A stretch of DNA of 64,000 nucleotides from Candidatus Aenigmatarchaeota archaeon (GCA_016198685.1 JACQID010000004.1:273874-337873), one strand, 5' to 3'. Counted from the stretch's first letter, positions 46,888 to 57,640 are shown. The notes: generated by a model from the letters alone, not told the origin. A program made the numbers and translations.

Positions 46888-48126
46888 ATGAGTTCGGTAA
46901 AAAACGTGTCGCTTGCAGAAGAAGGCAAAAAGAAAATAACATGGGCAGAATCCAGGATGCCTGTACTCATGAAAATACGCGAGGATTTCCAGAAAACCTT
47001 GCCATTCAAGGATATTAAGATAGGAGCATGTCTTCATGTGACCAAGGAAACGGCAGTTCTCATGAAAACTTTGAAAGCAGGCGGCGCTAAAGTAGCCCTC
47101 TGCGGCTCCAACCCACTCTCCACGCAGGATGATGTTGCAGCCGGCCTTGCCTCTGAAGGCATAGAGGTTTTTGCAGCGCACGGAATTGACAATGAAGAAT
47201 ATTACAAGAACCTGAATTCGGTCCTTGACACCCGGCCTGATATAACCATGGATGACGGCGCAGACCTGATAACACAGATACATACCAAGAGAAAAGAGCT
47301 TCTTGCCATTGTAAGAGGCGGCACAGAAGAGACAACAACAGGTGTCATACGCTTCAGGGCCATGCACAATGAAGGAAAGCTGAAATTTCCGGTAATAGCT
47401 GTCAATGATGCCAGATGCAAGAATATGTTTGATAATTATTACGGAACAGGGCAAAGCTCTCTTGATGGCATAATCCGTTCAACAAACATACTTCTGGCGG
47501 GCAAGACATTTGTTGTAGCCGGCTATGGACACTGCGGAAGCGGTGTCGCTGCAATGGCAAAAGGCATGGGTGCGCACGTCATTGTCACCGAAGTCGATCC
47601 TGTCAAGGCGCTTGCCGCCTATTATGACGGGCATGAGGTCATGTCAATGGATGAGGCTTGTATGCTTGGAGACATATTTGTTACAGTCACGGGCTGCAAA
47701 GATGTGATAGTTGAGCGCCATCTGCGCGGCATGAAAGACGGGGCTATAATATCCAATGCTGGGCATTTTGACGTGGAGATAGATGTCAAAAAACTGAGAG
47801 AATTGGCATCTGCGAGAACTCTCAAGCATGGCCTGGAAGAGTTTATCATAAACGGAAAGAAACTGTATTTGCTAGGCGAAGGCAGGCTTGTGAATCTTGC
47901 CTGCGCCGAAGGCCATCCATCTGAAGTAATGGACCAATCATTCTCATTGCAGGCATTAGCTGCAAAATATATAAATGAAAGTAAGCTTGAAGCCGGCGTT
48001 CACCGCATACCTAAGAACATAGATGACATGGTAGCGGTAATGAAGCTTCAAGCACTTGGGGTTAAGACAGATACTCTCACGCCTGAACAGGAGAGATACC
48101 TTTCTTCATGGAACGAAGGGACCTAA
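46888..48126 (+). CDS. ahcY: S-adenosylhomocysteine hydrolase
   Basis: SNPLSTQD, DDGADL, EETTTG, FDNYYGTGQS, GEGRLVNL, GHPSEVMD. Confidence 0.98.
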   Translation: MSSVKNVSLAEEGKKKITWAESRMPVLMKIREDFQKTLPFKDIKIGACLHVTKETAVLMKTLKAGGAKVALCGSNPLSTQDDVAAGLASEGIEVFAAHGIDNEEYYKNLNSVLDTRPDITMDDGADLITQIHTKRKELLAIVRGGTEETTTGVIRFRAMHNEGKLKFPVIAVNDARCKNMFDNYYGTGQSSLDGIIRSTNILLAGKTFVVAGYGHCGSGVAAMAKGMGAHVIVTEVDPVKALAAYYDGHEVMSMDEACMLGDIFVTVTGCKDVIVERHLRGMKDGAIISNAGHFDVEIDVKKLRELASARTLKHGLEEFIINGKKLYLLGEGRLVNLACAEGHPSEVMDQSFSLQALAAKYINESKLEAGVHRIPKNIDDMVAVMKLQALGVKTDTLTPEQERYLSSWNEGT

Positions 48127-48127
48127 C

Positions 48128-48763
48128 GTGGAAGAAAAGATGCTTCTTGCAGAAGCAAAAGGTCTAATGGAAAACAACGATCCGGCCCACGATTTCTCGC
48201 ATATTCTCAGGGTTCTGTCCATTGCAGAAGCAATAGGCAAAAAAGAAAACGCAGACATGGAAATCCTTATTCCCGCAGTCATACTGCATGATATAACTAA
48301 ACAAGACAAATCCACTCCGGAGAAACGGCGATTGTCAGCGGACAAAAGCGCTTCCATGGCATCACGAATATTGCAAAAATACAGCTACCCTGAACATAAA
48401 ATCGAGAAAATAGTTCACAGCATAGCGATTCATAGCTTTTCTAAGGGCATGAAACCGGAAACTATTGAAGCCAAGATATTGCAGGATGCGGACAGGCTGG
48501 ATGCAATCGGCGCGATAGGAATTGCGCGCTGTTTTGCCGTGGGAGGAGAATTACGAAGAAAATTTTATGACATTGACGATCCTCGAGCAGAGAACAGGGA
48601 AGCGGATGATGGGCAATATTCCATAGATCATTTTTACAAAAAATTGCTGCTTCTAAAGGAAAAAATGCATACTGAAACGGCCAAAGAGATTGCAGAGAAA
48701 CGCCATAGATTCATGCAAGCGTTTCTAAGAGAGCTAAATGATGAAATAAACGCGCGTCTGTAG
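48128..48763 (+). CDS. HD-domain phosphohydrolase
   Basis: AHDFSHILRV, VILHDI, HSFS, QDADRLDAIGAIGIAR. Confidence 0.92.
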   Translation: MEEKMLLAEAKGLMENNDPAHDFSHILRVLSIAEAIGKKENADMEILIPAVILHDITKQDKSTPEKRRLSADKSASMASRILQKYSYPEHKIEKIVHSIAIHSFSKGMKPETIEAKILQDADRLDAIGAIGIARCFAVGGELRRKFYDIDDPRAENREADDGQYSIDHFYKKLLLLKEKMHTETAKEIAEKRHRFMQAFLRELNDEINARL

Positions 48764-48772
48764 TGGTCAGGC

Positions 48773-49738
48773 TTACCATCCGAGAATCAGGATTATAAAA
48801 AGAAAAACGCCATATGATGAAAACAATATTGCCGCTTCACGGTACCCGAACTTTTTGTTGTTCGTTAGCAGCATGAAAAGGATATTGAAGCCCATAAGCG
48901 CAGCGGCTATGGATATTTCAGTTCTTGTCAATGCAATGTTTCCGAGTATGCTTATTGTACCGAGTATGAAAGTGAGATTGGCGACGAGGGAGCCGACAAC
49001 GTTGCCTACGGCAAGGCCTATATCGCCTCTTCTGACGGCGCTCGCGCTTATGCTGAGTTCTGGCAGCGTTGTTCCCATAGAAAGTATGGTCGCTGCAACA
49101 AGACTTTCAGCTACCCCAAGCTTCATGGCAAGCGCAATTGCCGAGTTGGTCACAAAATGCGCGCTTATGATGACTCCTATGATGGAAACAAGAATGCAAG
49201 ATGCATGCTTCAGAAGATGCGCTGCATGATCACGACCTGATCCTATGCTTTTCAGGCCCCGCCCTATTATGCCTTCCGAAAAAATATAGAATAATGAGAG
49301 GCAGAACATGCCGAATATGAGGCTCAAGGTTCCTGCCACGATCATGATGAAAGCGACCATTGACGTCAATATGACCGCATATCGTATCTGTTTGCGGTAT
49401 TTCTCCGCCATTTTGAATCCCAATAATGACATTACGCCAAATACGATAGTAATGTTGGCTATATTGGCGCCGAACAAGTTTCCAACGCTCAGAATGCCTT
49501 CACCTTTGAGCGATGATATAATGCCTATCATCAATTCGGGGAGCGACGTGGAAATTGCAATGAATATGAAGCCTATGGCTGCTTGTCCTATGCGCACAAT
49601 TTTTGACAAATTTTCAGCATTATCTATGGTCATATTGCTGAATTTAACAAGGAATGCGACCGAGACAGCCAAAAATGCGAAATCAAAAAGCATGCAGATA
49701 ATTGGGAGTGCCAATATATAAAAATAATCGCTATTCAA
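48773..49738 (-). CDS. Cation/Ca2+ (CaCA) antiporter
   Basis: Alpha repeats STSLPE...GNLFGAN and GTTLPE...GNVVGS. Confidence 0.92.
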   Translation of the reverse strand: MNSDYFYILALPIICMLFDFAFLAVSVAFLVKFSNMTIDNAENLSKIVRIGQAAIGFIFIAISTSLPELMIGIISSLKGEGILSVGNLFGANIANITIVFGVMSLLGFKMAEKYRKQIRYAVILTSMVAFIMIVAGTLSLIFGMFCLSLFYIFSEGIIGRGLKSIGSGRDHAAHLLKHASCILVSIIGVIISAHFVTNSAIALAMKLGVAESLVAATILSMGTTLPELSISASAVRRGDIGLAVGNVVGSLVANLTFILGTISILGNIALTRTEISIAAALMGFNILFMLLTNNKKFGYREAAILFSSYGVFLFIILILGW

Positions 49739-50648
49739 GTGATATTTTCATAAAATCATGGGCTATTTCCATTCCGTATTTCTTTGCTGCAGCTTCAAGG
49801 TCCTTCGGACTCTGGTATCTTCTGCTTATATGAGTCAGTATTGTCCGCTTGGCGCACGCTTCTTTTGCTACAGAAGCGACTTGATCTATCCTGGCATGCT
49901 TGTAGCCTGTCATATCAGTTACGTCCTCAAAGAAGGTACAATCATGTATGAGAAGGTTTGCATTAGCAGATAATGCGACTGTATTCCTGTTGGGCATCGT
50001 ATCTCCTGTATATACGATTTTTTTGCCGGGTATTTTGACAGAAACGTCCTCAAGAGCTATTTTCTTTCCTTTGTATGTCGCCAAACCCTTTTCTTTGATC
50101 TCCTTGAAAATCGGTCCTTTGTCCGGCAAACCAAGAGCCGCTGCCTTTGTCTTGTCTATATTGGTACGATCATTTTCAACAAATGCGTATGCTACTGCGG
50201 GTATGCCATGTTTCATTGGCATTGAAATGACACGGAACTCCGCATTTTCCAGGAGAAGTTGCGGCTCCGATCCTTCAAACTCCGCATTAACAGGGATTAA
50301 CCCAAAATCTTTGGTGCTGTAACCCAATTCCTCAAGCATCGGCACAAACTTCTCGGCCTCCGGCCCGTAAATCCTAAGCGGCTTCTTCCTTCCCTCAAGA
50401 TTCATGGTCTCAACAAGACCCAGAATTCCGGCAAAATGATCGGCATGCCAGTGGCTTATGAATATGCCTTCTATGTTCATAAAGTTCAAGCCTGCGAGAA
50501 GCATTTGCCTTTGGGTGCCTTCACCACAGTCGAAAAGCATGGAAGCTTCTTCCTGGCTTCTGTAAGTAAGATGCACTGCAGCGTGATTCCTGTATTTGGT
50601 TGGCACTCCTGCTGTCGTCCCCAAAAACGTTATCTCGACTGATGTCAT
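49731..50648 (-). CDS. rnz: Ribonuclease Z
   Basis: FLGT, FDCGEG, SHWHADH, YTGDT, HDCTF, THISRRY. Confidence 0.96.
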   Translation of the reverse strand: MTSVEITFLGTTAGVPTKYRNHAAVHLTYRSQEEASMLFDCGEGTQRQMLLAGLNFMNIEGIFISHWHADHFAGILGLVETMNLEGRKKPLRIYGPEAEKFVPMLEELGYSTKDFGLIPVNAEFEGSEPQLLLENAEFRVISMPMKHGIPAVAYAFVENDRTNIDKTKAAALGLPDKGPIFKEIKEKGLATYKGKKIALEDVSVKIPGKKIVYTGDTMPNRNTVALSANANLLIHDCTFFEDVTDMTGYKHARIDQVASVAKEACAKRTILTHISRRYQSPKDLEAAAKKYGMEIAHDFMKISLE

Positions 50649-50680
50649 AAGAAATACTCAAAGGGAAAGATTAAATCCGT

Positions 50681-51172
50681 TTAGAAATTGCGCAGGACAG
50701 GCTGCTTGCAATTCAAGGAATTGACTTCTATATTCTTCGGCTTCAGGCTTGAAAATAGGTTTATTTTCATGCTCGCAGCCGCGCCCGCAGAAAGGGGATT
50801 AGGTGCACTAAGCTCTACCTTTGTTTTATAGTTTGCCTGCGTCTCTTCAAAAGGCAATGTCACAGGCACTGCTTCTCTGTTGAGGGTGGCGTTTGCGTCA
50901 TTAAAGATAATCGATATTGTCATATTGGATATGTCGCTCGTGCTATCTATATTCCTTATCCTTATTGTAACGTTTTCATCCGCAAAAGTAAGCTGCGATA
51001 TGTCCATGGCATTGGCACAGTCAAGACTCTGCAATCTTGTTTGCGTGAAAGTAGTAGCCCATGCGGCCATAAGACCTGCTATGCTCATAGTGAATGCGAC
51101 CAAAAGAACTGCGGCTATCAACGGCGATATGCCCTTGCGGCTCGCCCTGAAAGTATCTGGATTATTTTTCAT
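50681..51172 (-). CDS. Type IV pilin-like protein (class III signal peptide)
   Basis: RKG|ISPLIAAVLLVAF. Confidence 0.88.
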   Translation of the reverse strand: MKNNPDTFRASRKGISPLIAAVLLVAFTMSIAGLMAAWATTFTQTRLQSLDCANAMDISQLTFADENVTIRIRNIDSTSDISNMTISIIFNDANATLNREAVPVTLPFEETQANYKTKVELSAPNPLSAGAAASMKINLFSSLKPKNIEVNSLNCKQPVLRNF

Positions 51173-51181
51173 AGAATTTCC

Positions 51182-51640
51182 TCAGAGACATCTAGGACGA
51201 TCATTGAAAACGTCGGATATGCCGCCGCAGCTCGTTGTAACTCTCAATTCCGAGAAAGCGTTGGGGCACGTGCTCAGGTTGACCGGGAAGAATGTAAGCG
51301 TAGCTATGGTTCCTACATTAAGGCTTGTCAGAGGTGTATTATTTGCCGTAAAATTATTTCCTGTAGTGTTGTATATCTGGGCGCTCTGAATTGTCATTCC
51401 GTCGCTTTGTCCGTTGTTTCTAACGACCACTCTTGCCGAAGCGCTTGCATTTCCTACTATGTAGATATTATCGATGGATATGGAAGCTCCGGAGCAATCA
51501 AGGCTTGTCTCTGTCTTGTTTGTCGTTGATGCGGCTGCGCTTCGCACTGTGGATGTAACCCACCCGGAAGTTAACGATGCAACTGTAACTACAATTGCAA
51601 TAAGCATTATCGAGGCAAGGAGCGGCGATATTCCTTTCAT
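51182..51640 (-). CDS. Type IV pilin-like protein (class III signal peptide)
   Basis: MKG|ISPLLASIMLIAIVV. Confidence 0.88.
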   Translation of the reverse strand: MKGISPLLASIMLIAIVVTVASLTSGWVTSTVRSAAASTTNKTETSLDCSGASISIDNIYIVGNASASARVVVRNNGQSDGMTIQSAQIYNTTGNNFTANNTPLTSLNVGTIATLTFFPVNLSTCPNAFSELRVTTSCGGISDVFNDRPRCL

Positions 51641-51688
51641 AGTATCACATGGTAAGAAGTCATATATAAAGTTTTTTTGAGCAAAAAT

Positions 51689-52405
51689 TTATCTAATCCT
51701 GTTTATCTGTATTTCAACAAAATCTGTCGACGATCTTAGCGTAAAAATGACTTCATATTGCTGGCCGGATGTTGCGCTGACAAATGCCTTTATTGAAGAA
51801 CTGGCAAGATGGGTTCCGTGTTGTGAAAGCTGGGTATACCCTGTTCCGTAGGACGATGTAAGACTATCTCCTATATAGACGCCACTCGTAGGCGTCATGC
51901 TAACGCTTCTTATCTTGTTTCGTATCAATGTTATGAAGGTTGTCGTATTGATGCTTGAAAAAGATGTTTCAGTGCCTATCTTCTTTACAGCAAATTTTAC
52001 TGCATCATTTTCCAATACCAAATCCAGATTGCCGTCAGAATCAACGTCGTCCTCGTAAGCGTTCAGGGATTTGCCGGATGTTATAACAAGATTGCCTTCG
52101 CGCCTTGAAGTGCCAGGCTCCATGATTTCCACTCCGGCAGGGATATCGAATAATATCCTGTCGTCCCTGCCTGAAACGGTGAATGTTCCGAAATCCGATA
52201 TTATCCTGACGCTTCTTGAAGCGCCGCTGCTTTCAAGCATGAGTTCCTTGATTATCCCGTCAAGAACCTGCATCGTTTCTTTCGCCCGGTTGAATTTCTG
52301 GATGTCTGACGACGTTTCCAATGTCGGGTTAATCAGGTTTATGACTATCAAGGACGATGTTATGACCACAGCAACCAATACGGCTTCCTGTATTATTCCT
52401 TTCAT
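51689..52405 (-). CDS. Minor pilin-like protein
   Basis: MKG|IIQE + hydrophobic helix; paralog of 57688-58380. Confidence 0.7.
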   Translation of the reverse strand: MKGIIQEAVLVAVVITSSLIVINLINPTLETSSDIQKFNRAKETMQVLDGIIKELMLESSGASRSVRIISDFGTFTVSGRDDRILFDIPAGVEIMEPGTSRREGNLVITSGKSLNAYEDDVDSDGNLDLVLENDAVKFAVKKIGTETSFSSINTTTFITLIRNKIRSVSMTPTSGVYIGDSLTSSYGTGYTQLSQHGTHLASSSIKAFVSATSGQQYEVIFTLRSSTDFVEIQINRIR

Positions 52406-52408
52406 CGC

Positions 52409-53719
52409 TTAATCCCTCGCTATTATCTGCGTAACATTTGTCTGATTCTTCTGCAGCGTGACAGTGAACGTTCCGGCCTTTGAGAATTCTCCTACTATGT
52501 CTATGCCGGGATATGAGAGCGCTATCTGTATGTTATTTGCAGCAGTCGCAATGAAATCCGAAATGGCAGCCAGGCTTCCTGATTCTATGTCAGGCGACCT
52601 GTCGCTTATTCTTCCGCATCCGCCGTCAGTCACTCCCAGTATGAACTTATTGCCTGTCTGGAATTGGGACATTTTCAGCACGAATGAAGATCCAGACGTG
52701 ACGTTTATGTATTTCAGTGCATCCCCTGCATATATCATCGCCAGAACCGGGCTTCCGGCTATTGAAGTGTCCTGTATGCAGGCATAACGCCTGGAAAGTC
52801 CGGGCGGGTTATAGAAACCTGCGCCCCTGCCGTCCACGCTTACGGTATCACCTCCGTTGCCGTTAAGGTTAGCCTCTATCGAAAAAGTGATAGTGTCTGC
52901 GCATCGCGCTTCAATGTCAAGCGTTATGTTCACGGACGATGAATTCTTGTCTCGGTAAAATGAGTCTGCCCAAGGCCCGCCTCTTACGTTGCGCATTCCT
53001 CCGGAATATGTACAGTCAGGGAGAAAAGACACCGAACAATTGCCGTTTGCATCTGTAGTGCAGGCATGGCCATCATCCCATACACCTGGCGATTTCTCAA
53101 CCCATATGATTCCAGAAACCCCTGAAGGGAAGATTCTCATTCCTTCATCATAAAAGTTCACCGTTATGTTTATCGGTGCATACGAAGCCGATGCGGCCAA
53201 TGCCCCTTGTCCTTGGGTGACCCGAAGAGTCAGATTTTTAGTTGTAGCGCAGATTTTTGTAGCATAGGCATCGCAGTTGCCTACATGACCGTTTGTATTG
53301 CCGGAAATCGAGGCTACGCATGTATCATAAGCATCGCAAGAGGAAGCGTATCCCATGGATATATTGCCGGTATAACTCAAGCAAACGTTAGTATTATAGT
53401 TTGTCTGATTGTTAAGCTCTGCATGCGCGTTTGTGGAAGCCGAGAGCTTGAAAAGCGTGACGTTCCTTTCATGGTCTATAGCGCAGCTGGTTCCTAACGT
53501 TCCTGAATACTGCTCTGTGCAGCATAGGACTTTAGGGTACGACCCTGATGAATCAGCATGGGCGTTTGAAGTATCCGAAATGCCTGCGACTACAGTGCCC
53601 GAACAGCTGCCCGTATTGACGACGGTGCAGGAAAGTTCGGCATGAGAAAATGATATGAAGAAGAGGAACATCATTAGCGTTTTGAAAAGATTCAGGCGCC
53701 CTTCGGCTGAAAGTGACAT
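52409..53719 (-). CDS. Secreted Cys-rich adhesin-like protein
   Basis: Signal peptide; repeated ISDTSNAHA / LSASTNAHA / ISGNTNGHV Cys-rich units. Confidence 0.75.
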   Translation of the reverse strand: MSLSAEGRLNLFKTLMMFLFFISFSHAELSCTVVNTGSCSGTVVAGISDTSNAHADSSGSYPKVLCCTEQYSGTLGTSCAIDHERNVTLFKLSASTNAHAELNNQTNYNTNVCLSYTGNISMGYASSCDAYDTCVASISGNTNGHVGNCDAYATKICATTKNLTLRVTQGQGALAASASYAPINITVNFYDEGMRIFPSGVSGIIWVEKSPGVWDDGHACTTDANGNCSVSFLPDCTYSGGMRNVRGGPWADSFYRDKNSSSVNITLDIEARCADTITFSIEANLNGNGGDTVSVDGRGAGFYNPPGLSRRYACIQDTSIAGSPVLAMIYAGDALKYINVTSGSSFVLKMSQFQTGNKFILGVTDGGCGRISDRSPDIESGSLAAISDFIATAANNIQIALSYPGIDIVGEFSKAGTFTVTLQKNQTNVTQIIARD

Positions 53720-53773
53720 TTATATCGAGAGTATATTGCATCTGATCGTATATATTTGTTCAGAGAACTGCGA

Positions 53774-54364
53774 TTATCCAAATGCACAGCCTGCCTTTTC
53801 TTCAATCAAAGCTTGGCTTTGTACGCCAAGATATGTTTCTGACCCTATAACCGTTGTCGGTAATGAAGATATGCCAACTTGCCGGCATATGTCAGCATTT
53901 TGTGAGCAATCAAAGAATACCTTTGATGCAAAGCTCGTTATTCCAAGAGCCTGAAGCTGGAGAAGGGATTTTTCGTCAGATGAACTGCCGAATATGACTA
54001 CTTTCGCGTCTTCAAGGCAATGGGCATAGGTTCTCTCTCTTATCAAGTTTTTTTTCAAATCTTCCAGAATTACCATGCTGCCGGCTGCGAGGATAAATTG
54101 TCCATCCTTAGTTACATAAACATCCTGGAGCGTTCGCCTTCCTTCGTCATCAGAAAAGACCAAGCTGACCTCGTAGAGGCCGCTTATTTCTTCGGTTTTT
54201 AGTATTTCTGTGTCTCCAGCGCGTATCTCATATAGTTTTTTCGCTTCCAGAGCGGCTTGAGGATGAGACGCTTGGGTGAAATTTATTATGATAACTGAAA
54301 GCCCGATTATAAGAATTATGTAAAGCAGTTCCCTTTTTTGCAATACTGTCTTTCTTGGTTCCAT
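53774..54364 (-). CDS. Membrane-anchored thioredoxin-fold protein lacking active-site CxxC
   Basis: N-terminal TM; HCL...FG...Q...DC...C...GI...PT...Y.G.Q...GC pattern. Confidence 0.65.
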   Translation of the reverse strand: MEPRKTVLQKRELLYIILIIGLSVIIINFTQASHPQAALEAKKLYEIRAGDTEILKTEEISGLYEVSLVFSDDEGRRTLQDVYVTKDGQFILAAGSMVILEDLKKNLIRERTYAHCLEDAKVVIFGSSSDEKSLLQLQALGITSFASKVFFDCSQNADICRQVGISSLPTTVIGSETYLGVQSQALIEEKAGCAFG

Positions 54365-54394
54365 CTTTAATAGGGACTTCTAATGTTTAAGAGT

Positions 54395-56635
54395 CTAAGC
54401 CTGTTTCATATTTATCAATGACGAAAGCACATCTATTGCAATTCTGCTGCCGGACTCAATCGCCGTGCGGTTGACGGTCAGATTTGTAGAGGACAACGTG
54501 AGGTTGCCATTTCTTCTAATTGTGAGATTAATTCCAGAGTTCAGCAAATTCTCGCTTACAACGTTGCAAGTGCCAGTTACATCCCAGATTCTCGATGGAG
54601 CCATGGGGAAAGCGCATGAATAAAGCTGCTTAATTTCGGACTCCGTAAGCATGGCAGAATATATTCTGGCTTCATCTATAGTGCCGTTGAAACCTGAAGA
54701 CGGCATTCCGCCAGCGTAGGACTCCGATGGAAATACGAATGAGCTCCTGTTATTTGTCCTGTTTATCTCTATTCCGTCCGCGAACATCAAGGCACCCGTG
54801 TCGTTGTATGCCGCAACGACGTGATGCCATCCGCTCCACGCCGTGATGTTGTAATCGATGTACGAGTCCCCGGTATCGAATATCAGCTCTCCCGCTTGCA
54901 ACCGCAGGCCCGCGCCTGTGTTGTTCAGAGCAAGAGCCTCCGCCCCTCCAAGGGCACGATTGTAGAACCGCACATCGTCTATGGTGAAGTTCATCAGCGT
55001 ATCGGGCCCAGTTACGCGGTTTCTTCCGTTTATTGACGTGTTGAAAGCCGTGTTGTATGTTTGCGTGAACCCCGACGTATATCCGCTTGCCGTGTAGTTT
55101 GTCGCGTTGCGAAATACGCCGTCTATGTAGAAGACAACATCATTGACCGTGCCTATGGTCGCATTCCTGACAACGACTATGTGATGCCAGTTGCTGTTGT
55201 TCAGTATGCCCTGGACCCCCCAGCACGGGAATTGGTTCTGCCCTTTCTGCTGCACCGTGAACACGAAGTCCTCCAGCCCGAACCCGGCGCCGCATCCCTG
55301 TCCGCCTTTGCCTGCGCCATATGCTATCCAGCCTCCGCTATCGTTGTTGGTCGCTGAAATCATGAAGCCGCGCGAATTGGAAATTGCCGGGTTGATTTTT
55401 GTCCAAAACGAAAAGCTGTAGCCGTTTGCAGGCATGAATTGCGGGAGCTGCACGGATTGCGTCTCCACAGCGCTCAACGTGACCCCGTACCCGAACCTCC
55501 CTGACGCGTTCCATAGCGGCGAATTCTGCGCGACGCCGTGATTTCCGTTGCCGCTCTGGTCATCGGCGCTCCCGTTCATCGGCCACCAGCCGGCAAGCCC
55601 GCTTGTAATGCTTGGATTTCCCAGCAGAATCTGTTCTGCAGGGAATGTTGTGTTTATGGGGTTCATCCACAGGCTCATGCTTCCGTTGCTCTCGTTGAAT
55701 GAAGCCGCGCTGAAAGACAGTGAATAATTCAGTCCGCTAAAGTACATTCCCTTGGAGTAAGGCGTCCATCTTATGTTGTTCTCGTCGTAGACCCGGGAGC
55801 CGGAAGCCTCATCAAAATCCCATGAACTCAGAAGGCCGGAAATCGCCGGGGGGCGTTCCGAGAGCATGGTCTGGTTGATTTCTTCGCCCGTTAGTGAGCG
55901 GTTGAATATCCGGACATTGTCTATCGACCCGTTGAAAAATCTGTTTTGCCCGCCATAAGAACCTATAGATTCCTGTATATTGTTATATATAGAACCTGAT
56001 AGGGTATTTTTGAATACTGCCGTGCGGTTTATCCCATTGATATATAATGTTGCACCGCCCGCGTTGCTTGAACCGTCATAAGTTGCCGCTACATGCACCC
56101 ACTCGTTTTTTGGCACCGGAATTGTCGAGTTCACTTTGATTTCGTTGGCATTATTCGTGTTAACCAACGCAAAATTAAGTGTGTTCTCCTGTCCACTGAA
56201 GATTATTAATCCCCATCCCGCAAACGGCGAGTTTCCGTCTATTTTTGTAACGATTCCCTGCGTATTATCCGAACCATACGAATATATCCATGCGGTTACT
56301 GCGAAGGGATTATCTCTCTCGAATACCATGCTGTTGTTTTTTATGGATGCATAATCGTCCACTCCGTCGAAGCTCAGCGCGCTGCCATACTTGCCAGAAG
56401 CGTTCCACGAAGCTCCGTTAACAACGCCGTCATTGAACGTGCCGCCTGCAAACGTTCCGTTGTTGCCAAATGAAGAAAAATCTGTCACGGCTGTCCTGTT
56501 GACGGCAGAAAAATTGATGTAGAGTTTAAGAGAGGAATTTGACGGCCCTAAGCTCTCGGAAAAGAAAGCTGAATTGGAAACCGAAATTGCCAGTAGTGAA
56601 ATCAACGCTGTCCAAAAGTATGCTTGTATTTTCAT
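54395..56635 (-). CDS. Secreted multi-LamG (concanavalin-like) domain protein
   Basis: Three sets of WHHV / FNGxIDxVRIxN motifs; signal peptide. Confidence 0.88.
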   Translation of the reverse strand: MKIQAYFWTALISLLAISVSNSAFFSESLGPSNSSLKLYINFSAVNRTAVTDFSSFGNNGTFAGGTFNDGVVNGASWNASGKYGSALSFDGVDDYASIKNNSMVFERDNPFAVTAWIYSYGSDNTQGIVTKIDGNSPFAGWGLIIFSGQENTLNFALVNTNNANEIKVNSTIPVPKNEWVHVAATYDGSSNAGGATLYINGINRTAVFKNTLSGSIYNNIQESIGSYGGQNRFFNGSIDNVRIFNRSLTGEEINQTMLSERPPAISGLLSSWDFDEASGSRVYDENNIRWTPYSKGMYFSGLNYSLSFSAASFNESNGSMSLWMNPINTTFPAEQILLGNPSITSGLAGWWPMNGSADDQSGNGNHGVAQNSPLWNASGRFGYGVTLSAVETQSVQLPQFMPANGYSFSFWTKINPAISNSRGFMISATNNDSGGWIAYGAGKGGQGCGAGFGLEDFVFTVQQKGQNQFPCWGVQGILNNSNWHHIVVVRNATIGTVNDVVFYIDGVFRNATNYTASGYTSGFTQTYNTAFNTSINGRNRVTGPDTLMNFTIDDVRFYNRALGGAEALALNNTGAGLRLQAGELIFDTGDSYIDYNITAWSGWHHVVAAYNDTGALMFADGIEINRTNNRSSFVFPSESYAGGMPSSGFNGTIDEARIYSAMLTESEIKQLYSCAFPMAPSRIWDVTGTCNVVSENLLNSGINLTIRRNGNLTLSSTNLTVNRTAIESGSRIAIDVLSSLINMKQA

Positions 56636-56656
56636 GCATATCCGCCATCCTGCATC

Positions 56657-57640
56657 TTAACCCTGCAGTATAAGATGAGTGCCGTTATGGTAAATCCTGC
56701 CGGATGTTCCGGTGGTTGAATTTATTACAGTTACAGTTCCATTGATTGAGAGTTTCTCATTAGGTATTGTTGTTCCTATGCCTACTTTTCCGTCAGGCGC
56801 AACGTACATCCTTGTGGTTCCGTTCATCTGGATGGCAAGGTCTGATGGAGTGAGTGAACCTACCGCGAAACGGTAAAACGCACCGCCAGAAGCTGTATTG
56901 TTTATTGTCAATATAGGCGAAGCTCCTCCCAATTGAAGAAGGCTTGTTGCGTTGGTTGTACCGATACCTACGCTTCCGGATGAAACGGCAAGATAAGCAG
57001 ATTCATTAGTTTCAAAAGAGCCTCCACCTGTACTGTTAACCTGCAACTGCCGATAAGGCGAACTTCCGCCTATCCCTATGTAGCTGTTTGATTTTAGAAT
57101 ATATAGTGTATTTCCACCCGCGCCTCCGCCGTTTCTAAAGTCCAGGTCGTATGTACTAGCAACTCTGGCTATCGCCCATCCGTTGCCTAGAGCATCTCCC
57201 CCCACTAACTCCAATGAACTCGCTGAAGTTGTGGGTGCGCTTACTCTTATGTTAGTGTTGCCCGAATTACCAAGGAACTTAGCAACTGTCCCGGAAGTGG
57301 CATTCACGTGCAAAGACGTTTCAGGTACTATCGTCCCAATTCCTAATCTCCCCCCACCGATAAAAAAATCAATGTCATTGCTTTTTACGTGAAAGACATT
57401 CCCTGGAGCACTGGTATTTATCCCGACAAGTCCGCCGGACGTTATGAAGAAGTTAGTCCCGTTTGTAGTACTGGGCGTGACATTCAACGTACCATTGATT
57501 GAATAATTTTCCGGAAACCTGCCTGCAATTACCTGATCTGCCGTATGATAAACAGAAAGATTATTGGGCGGGGCGGCAACTACAACGGAAAAGAGCACGA
57601 CGAATACAGCAAATATTGTAATTATGAACCTTGAATTCAT
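56657..57640 (-). CDS. Secreted fibre-like protein with VGIGTTxP repeats
   Basis: VGINTSAP, LGIGTIVP, IGIGGSSP, VGIGTTNA, VGIGTTIP. Confidence 0.8.
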   Translation of the reverse strand: MNSRFIITIFAVFVVLFSVVVAAPPNNLSVYHTADQVIAGRFPENYSINGTLNVTPSTTNGTNFFITSGGLVGINTSAPGNVFHVKSNDIDFFIGGGRLGIGTIVPETSLHVNATSGTVAKFLGNSGNTNIRVSAPTTSASSLELVGGDALGNGWAIARVASTYDLDFRNGGGAGGNTLYILKSNSYIGIGGSSPYRQLQVNSTGGGSFETNESAYLAVSSGSVGIGTTNATSLLQLGGASPILTINNTASGGAFYRFAVGSLTPSDLAIQMNGTTRMYVAPDGKVGIGTTIPNEKLSINGTVTVINSTTGTSGRIYHNGTHLILQG

